Origin: Promethearchaeum syntrophicum
Lineage (GTDB): Archaea; Asgardarchaeota; Lokiarchaeia; Sigyniarchaeales; Promethearchaeaceae
Length of the DNA: 32,000 nt
Reading direction: 5' to 3'
NCBI RefSeq assembly: GCF_008000775.2
Contig: NZ_CP042905.2
Span: 2,970,001 to 3,002,000, forward strand
How positions within the stretch are numbered: the stretch's first letter is position 1; each line of letters opens with the position of its first letter. Of the stretch, positions 26,903 to 32,000 are shown in pieces. Both the position numbers and the translations under genes were made by a program. Below the pieces are notes generated by a model. The model ran no database searches. It was not told where the DNA came from and was given only the letters and a program-made list of their open reading frames with translations.

Positions 26903-27082
26903 AAATGAAGAATTAGTAATTTCTAAAAATTAATTCTATGAAATTTTCGATTAATTAAAAAATTTATGTTATGTTTACTACGGATTTTAATCAAGACAGT
27001 GGTTTTTATATAATCGGAACAATTCGCTACGATCACAATTTATTTATAATTCTTTAAACAACTGAATATCAAATTCAGAAAA

Positions 27083-28489
27083 ATGAGTATCATGGAAAAT
27101 TCAGAAAAAAAACTGGAAAAATCGAATTTTAAGCATTATATCTCGTATGGATTTGCTCAATTTTCAGATATTATTGCCTATCAATCATTTACGCTTTTAA
27201 TATTTACTTTTTATTACACAAATGTAGAGTTAGATGTCTCTCTTATAACCTTGGGTTTTATTATTTGGAGTATTTGGAATAGCTTTAATGACCCGTTAAT
27301 GGGTTATATCTCCGATAAAACTCACACAAAATGGGGCAGACGTAGACCTTATATTATCTTTTCAATAATTCCGCTTGCAGTCGTTATGGTATTACTCTTT
27401 ACCCCACCGATGGGAGCGGGAGATACAATTAAATTGGTATATTTCATAATCATTATTTGTATTTTTGATGTGTTTTATACGATGTATAATTTGAATCAAA
27501 CTTGTCTCTTTCCAGAAATCTTTATTGATCCACAAGAGCGAGTGAAAGCGATGAATGTGAAGCAAATAATTGGAATAATCGGGTTACTTGTTGCCTTTTT
27601 ATTACCTTCATTTATAATCGAAGATCTAACTGATCCAGCATCATTTCCTCTTTATAGATATGTTGGTCTGATAATCGGAATAATTGTAATTATTGGGGCA
27701 ACGATTTTCCTTATATGGGGGCCAAGAGAACGCTTGGAATTCAGTAAAGATCATGAAAAAGCCCCCTCCTTCTTTAAATCCTTAAAAATAGCTATGAAAA
27801 ACAAATCTTTTATGTGGTTTATCGTTGTAGAAGTATCAAATTGGTATGTATTTGGGATGTTGCCTACTATAGTCCCGATTTATGGTAAATTTGTTTTGAA
27901 TATTACAGATTCTTTTCAATTGAGTCTTCTTTTGGGAGAAACATTTATTTGTGGGGCTCTTTTCATTAGCGTGTGGAAATGGGTTGTATCAAAGTTAGGT
28001 CCTAGAAAAACATGGATAATATCCCAATTAACTTGGATTATATCATTAATACCTTTATTTTTTATTAGCACACCAACTCAAGGGTTCATATTCTTTGCAT
28101 TTATCGGGATAGGATTATCAGGATCGATGTTAAATATTGATTTGATTCTTGGTGATGTGGTAGATGAGGATGAATTTGATACAGGAGCACGCAATGAAGG
28201 AGGTTATTGGGGTGTTACGGCCTTTTTCATGCGCCTATCTACAATACTTGTCTTTATTTCTATAAATACTATTCTTGAAAGCGTAGGATGGAAGGTATAC
28301 GATCCTGAAACTGCAGATGAAGGAGTCATTACTGGTTTACGAATCTTGATATCCCTCTTACCTTCAATATTCTTAGGTATTGGTATGTTGGGGATGTTTT
28401 TTTATCCCCTACATGGGAAAAGATTAGCTGAAGTAAGAAACGGGTTGGAGAAAATACATTTAGATAAGAAATCAAAAACTGGGATGTAA
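27083..28489 (+). CDS. MFS transporter, glycoside-pentoside-hexuronide (MelB/GPH)-like
   Basis: WSIWNSFNDPLMGYISDKTHTKWGRRRPYI signature and about 12 hydrophobic segments. Confidence 0.85.
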   Translation: MSIMENSEKKLEKSNFKHYISYGFAQFSDIIAYQSFTLLIFTFYYTNVELDVSLITLGFIIWSIWNSFNDPLMGYISDKTHTKWGRRRPYIIFSIIPLAVVMVLLFTPPMGAGDTIKLVYFIIIICIFDVFYTMYNLNQTCLFPEIFIDPQERVKAMNVKQIIGIIGLLVAFLLPSFIIEDLTDPASFPLYRYVGLIIGIIVIIGATIFLIWGPRERLEFSKDHEKAPSFFKSLKIAMKNKSFMWFIVVEVSNWYVFGMLPTIVPIYGKFVLNITDSFQLSLLLGETFICGALFISVWKWVVSKLGPRKTWIISQLTWIISLIPLFFISTPTQGFIFFAFIGIGLSGSMLNIDLILGDVVDEDEFDTGARNEGGYWGVTAFFMRLSTILVFISINTILESVGWKVYDPETADEGVITGLRILISLLPSIFLGIGMLGMFFYPLHGKRLAEVRNGLEKIHLDKKSKTGM

Positions 28490-28737
28490 ATTCATCCCTT
28501 TAAAATGTAAAATTTTATGCAAAATTTCTATCAAAAATGAGTGTATATAGAAAAAAATTTTAGTTTTTTAATGAAAAGGAAAAATTTTTAGAAGAAAAAA
28601 GACGTTTTTTTTGCATAATGAGTAAATACTGGCAGCCAATCTTATTAAAAACATCTGCAATATTAACTATTTTTTAAAAAAACTGTAAAAATAGCATTAA
28701 AATACTCGAGTCCTAAAAAATAAATAAGGTTATCTAA

Positions 28738-30909
28738 ATGACTAAATATTTTGATGATGTTGAAGAAGCCGTAGATGCTTTAATTAAAAAAGTAGGGAAT
28801 AGAATTTCAATTGTAATGGATGTTGGGAATGGAAAATTGAATCACTATATCAATGCTTTAATAAACCGTGGAAAGAAAGATCCGAATCTTGATATTTCGA
28901 TAATATCTGCACTCCCTCCTGAAGTTCCATCCGGAAAAAGTGATCTTGAAAAGAGATTTTATAAACTTCTTGCAAAACGCATATGGAAAGATTATCCTAC
29001 ACATGAATATTTCAAATTGGTGAGAAACAAAACCCTCCCTTCCAATATTCATATTTATGAGATGTATGTGAAGTCTGGAGCTATTTTAAATGAACCTAAG
29101 ATGCAGCAAAATTATTGTAATTTCCATTATACCTTAATCGCCCGCGATTTACTAGTGCGTGGGGTTAATGTTGCTGCAGGTTTATTTGCAAAACGAATAA
29201 TGGATGATGGGGAAATTATAATAAGTGGAGGTTCAAATACAGGTTTAGTATTTGATGTAGCAAATACCTTAAGAAAGTTGGGAAAAGAGGGAGAAAAAAC
29301 AGCAGTTATTGGCGAAATTACGAGTGGCATGCCGTTCATGTATGGAGATGAGACAAAAAATCAGGAAGATCTAATAGAATTTATGTTAGATGCACCTAAA
29401 TATGATTTCAATTTGTTTTCAGTTCCGAAACCTTCAGTATCAATGATAAATCACATCATAGGATTTTATTCAAGTACATTACTCAAAGATGGTGGTACTA
29501 TTCAAATAGGAATTGGTGCAATGGCAGATGGAATCGTGAATAGTATCATTATGCGCCATGATAGAAATGAGGAATATAAGGAAATTCTCAATAAAATTGG
29601 AATTATGGATAATTTTGGGGAAGTAATATCAAAATGGGGAGGAACTGGAACATTCAAAGAAGGATTCCATGCAAATTCAGAAATGTTAGTAGAACCATTT
29701 TTAACTATGCTAAAGAAGAAAATTCTAAAAAGGAAAATTTATGATCATTGGGGGATTCAATCCTTAGTAAATGATAAGAAGATTAAGGATGAAATTTTGC
29801 CAAACAACATCCTCGAATTACTACTCGGCTTAGGTGCAATTCAGAAAGTATTAACTCAAGAAGACTTTGATAATTTGCAGTACTATGGGATATTTAAAGA
29901 AGGTTTAGCATATACCGAATATGACCTTCTCAATAATGATAAAAAATATTCGACCGATCTGAGAGATAAATCCAATCTTGACCTTATACAGAAGGAGTGT
30001 GTGGGAAAAGAGTTAAAAAATGGGTATATTGTTGGAGCTTCGTTCTTTTTAGGTTCTTCAGAATTCTATAATAATTTAATTGCTATGGATGAAGAAGAAC
30101 GTAAATTAATTAGAATGAATTCCGTCCTTAAAATTAATCAGCTCTATGGCGGGGAAAAATTAAGACGATTGCAACGAATAGAATCACGTTTCTTTAACTC
30201 GGGAATGTATGTGACCTTACTGGGGGCAGTTGCATCCTATCAATTGGAAGATGGTCGGGTAGTAAGTGGAATAGGAGGTCAATTTAATTTCGTTAATATG
30301 GCACAAGAATTACACAATGGAAGATCTATTATCTGTTGTAGTAGTACGCGAGGTTCTGGGAAAAAGACCAAATCTAATATTAAATTTTCCTATGGACATA
30401 CTTCAATTCCTAGATATCTTAAAGATATTGTAGTTACAGAGTACGGAATTGCAGATTTACGGGGTACTAGTGATGAAGATTGTATTAAAGAAATGCTAAA
30501 CATAACAGATTCGCGCTTTCAAGAATCTTTATTAAAAGAAGCGAAGAAAGCGAAAAAAATAAATAATGACTATAAGATTCCGGAGAAATTTAAAAATAAC
30601 ACCCCAAAAGGTCTGGTGGACAAATTTAGTTCTTTTAGCGAGAGGGGGTTGTTTAAAACATTTCCGTTCGGTCATGATTTCAATGAAGATGAACTCTCAA
30701 TAGCTGTTGCATTAAAAACCGTAAAAAATCATGCTGAAGCTCATAAATTGGATATAATTAAGACTTTAATCAAATCTCCTAATTCAAGAACTATAGAAAA
30801 AGCCCATCACTATTTGGAATTGTTAGAACTCGAAAATCCAGAAACCAGTCATGATAAAATTAGCCAGAAATTACTACTCAAAGGCTTGAAATTAACGGGA
30901 AAGATATAG
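28738..30909 (+). CDS. Acetyl-CoA hydrolase/transferase family protein
   Basis: IQIGIGAMADGIVNSII, VSGIGGQFNFVNMAQELHNGRSIICCSSTRGSG, TEYGIADLRGTSDEDCIKEML match the CoA-transferase family I (acetyl-CoA hydrolase C-terminal) pattern. Confidence 0.85.
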   Translation: MTKYFDDVEEAVDALIKKVGNRISIVMDVGNGKLNHYINALINRGKKDPNLDISIISALPPEVPSGKSDLEKRFYKLLAKRIWKDYPTHEYFKLVRNKTLPSNIHIYEMYVKSGAILNEPKMQQNYCNFHYTLIARDLLVRGVNVAAGLFAKRIMDDGEIIISGGSNTGLVFDVANTLRKLGKEGEKTAVIGEITSGMPFMYGDETKNQEDLIEFMLDAPKYDFNLFSVPKPSVSMINHIIGFYSSTLLKDGGTIQIGIGAMADGIVNSIIMRHDRNEEYKEILNKIGIMDNFGEVISKWGGTGTFKEGFHANSEMLVEPFLTMLKKKILKRKIYDHWGIQSLVNDKKIKDEILPNNILELLLGLGAIQKVLTQEDFDNLQYYGIFKEGLAYTEYDLLNNDKKYSTDLRDKSNLDLIQKECVGKELKNGYIVGASFFLGSSEFYNNLIAMDEEERKLIRMNSVLKINQLYGGEKLRRLQRIESRFFNSGMYVTLLGAVASYQLEDGRVVSGIGGQFNFVNMAQELHNGRSIICCSSTRGSGKKTKSNIKFSYGHTSIPRYLKDIVVTEYGIADLRGTSDEDCIKEMLNITDSRFQESLLKEAKKAKKINNDYKIPEKFKNNTPKGLVDKFSSFSERGLFKTFPFGHDFNEDELSIAVALKTVKNHAEAHKLDIIKTLIKSPNSRTIEKAHHYLELLELENPETSHDKISQKLLLKGLKLTGKI

Positions 30910-30962
30910 GAAGGTATTTTTTTCTTTTTCAATTCAAATCAATAAAAATTGAAGAAGTTTTC

Positions 30963-30974
30963 TTTTTTTTTTTT
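30963..30974 (+). terminator. Poly-T tract, likely terminator
   Basis: Twelve consecutive T residues downstream of the stop at 30909, preceded by another T-rich run at about 30916-30923. Confidence 0.4.
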
Positions 30975-31501
30975 GTAGAAATTTAATCACAATTGGTGAA
31001 ATAAAAAAACAAAATCGGATTATGATTTTCAGTAAATATTTTATAACGTAATTAATCCTATTGCATTTCTCTCTTATACAGCAGGGTTGTGTTCCCCAGA
31101 TTTTTCTTATATCTGCTAATTTAAGTTTCTTGCGATATTTCACTCTTAGAGTGACTTTTTCTGCTTTTAGCTTCTCAAATGTTTCTGATCTATAAGAATT
31201 TACCGTATCTTTTGAAAAAAGTTGTTTTCTGCGTATATAGAAGTTCGCCGCTGAAATTTTGTAAATTTTTTTTGATCAAAAGACGAAATATTACCAAATT
31301 ATTTATCTAGAAAACGATTTAAAAAAAAAATTTATAACCAATATTGATCAAACTCTTTTCAATGAATTAACAAAAAACACAATTAAAATACCAGATCGAT
31401 TATTAAGAATCAATGAAATCAAAATGAATTTCTACAATTCATGAATTCTTGTGTTCAATGTGAAATTCGTTCTGGTTAATGAAATTTAAGTTTTGATAAA
31501 A

Positions 31502-32000
31502 ATGGAGTATCTTAAAGCTGATATTGAATCTCTTGGTGAAAGAACCTCAGAAGAAATCATCAAAGATGAAGTATTAGATTTCATGAAAGCTTGTTATCAA
31601 TGTGGAACTTGTTCGGGTTCATGTCCCTCAGGACGTAGGACTGCGATAAGAACTCGTCAACTGATCAGAGAATCATTGCTAAATATAGAAAAAGTTCTTG
31701 CCGATCCAGATATATGGATGTGTACCACATGTTTCACTTGTTTTGAGCGATGTCCCAGATCACTCCCTACGACCAATATAATCCTCAAATTGCGTAATTT
31801 AGCATGTCAAAGAGGTTTTATGATGGCGTCCCATAAAAGCTTAACTCATATTTTATTTAAAACTGGTCATGGAGTCCCTTTAGGAGGAACAGATAATAAA
31901 TGGACACAAGCACGTGTTTCCTATGGATTACCAAAAATTCCCCCAACAACACATTCACATCCAGAAGCTGTAAAAGAAGTTGAATTATTAATGAAATCAA
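31502..32000 (+). CDS. hdrC: HdrC-like heterodisulfide reductase iron-sulfur subunit, truncated by the window end
   Basis: My translation from ATG 31502: MEYLKADIESLGERTSEEIIKDEVLDFMKACYQCGTCSGSCPSGRRTAIRTRQLI...DPDIWMCTTCFTCFERCPRSLPTTNIILKLRNLACQRGF..., with two CxxCxxCxxxCP cluster motifs. Frame open to the window end; not in the ORF track. Confidence 0.9.
   Translation, partial: MEYLKADIESLGERTSEEIIKDEVLDFMKACYQCGTCSGSCPSGRRTAIRTRQLIRESLLNIEKVLADPDIWMCTTCFTCFERCPRSLPTTNIILKLRNLACQRGFMMASHKSLTHILFKTGHGVPLGGTDNKWTQARVSYGLPKIPPTTHSHPEAVKEVELLMKS

Noticed and set aside
1-32000. Search for CRISPR arrays, terminal inverted repeats of transposons, or rRNA genes
   Set aside because: By eye I saw no regularly spaced repeats, no transposase and no rRNA-like conserved stretch. 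Short poly-A/poly-T runs are explained by AT-rich composition and terminators.

Overview
The window is AT-rich and looks chromosomal and archaeal. An Asgard/Lokiarchaeia-like lineage is plausible, but that is inference. From left to right it carries: the 3' part of Mre11 followed by Rad50 with an atypical zinc-hook motif; a tandem pair of small unknown proteins; a tandem pair of multipass membrane proteins; a winged-helix regulator with two related palindromes upstream; an exported DJ-1/PfpI-like protein coupled to an MBL-fold protein; an acyltransferase-3; a YhbY-like / RNase P Rpp21 / Nep1 RNA-processing operon; a DUF302 protein; an MBL-rhodanese fusion; a Gfo/Idh/MocA oxidoreductase; a minus-strand MoxR AAA+ ATPase / VWA / SWIM-finger operon; an ABC transporter pair; an isolated 505-aa protein with a toxin-type deaminase signature (HSE...PCxxC); several small membrane proteins; tRNA-Gly(UCC); an MFS (GPH-like) transporter; an acetyl-CoA hydrolase/transferase family protein; and a 5' HdrC-like gene truncated by the window end. 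The two leads I consider best for undescribed biology are the archaeal deaminase-domain protein (22828-24345) and the compact MoxR-VWA-SWIM operon (15156-20973). No CRISPR array, complete transposon or rRNA was seen.
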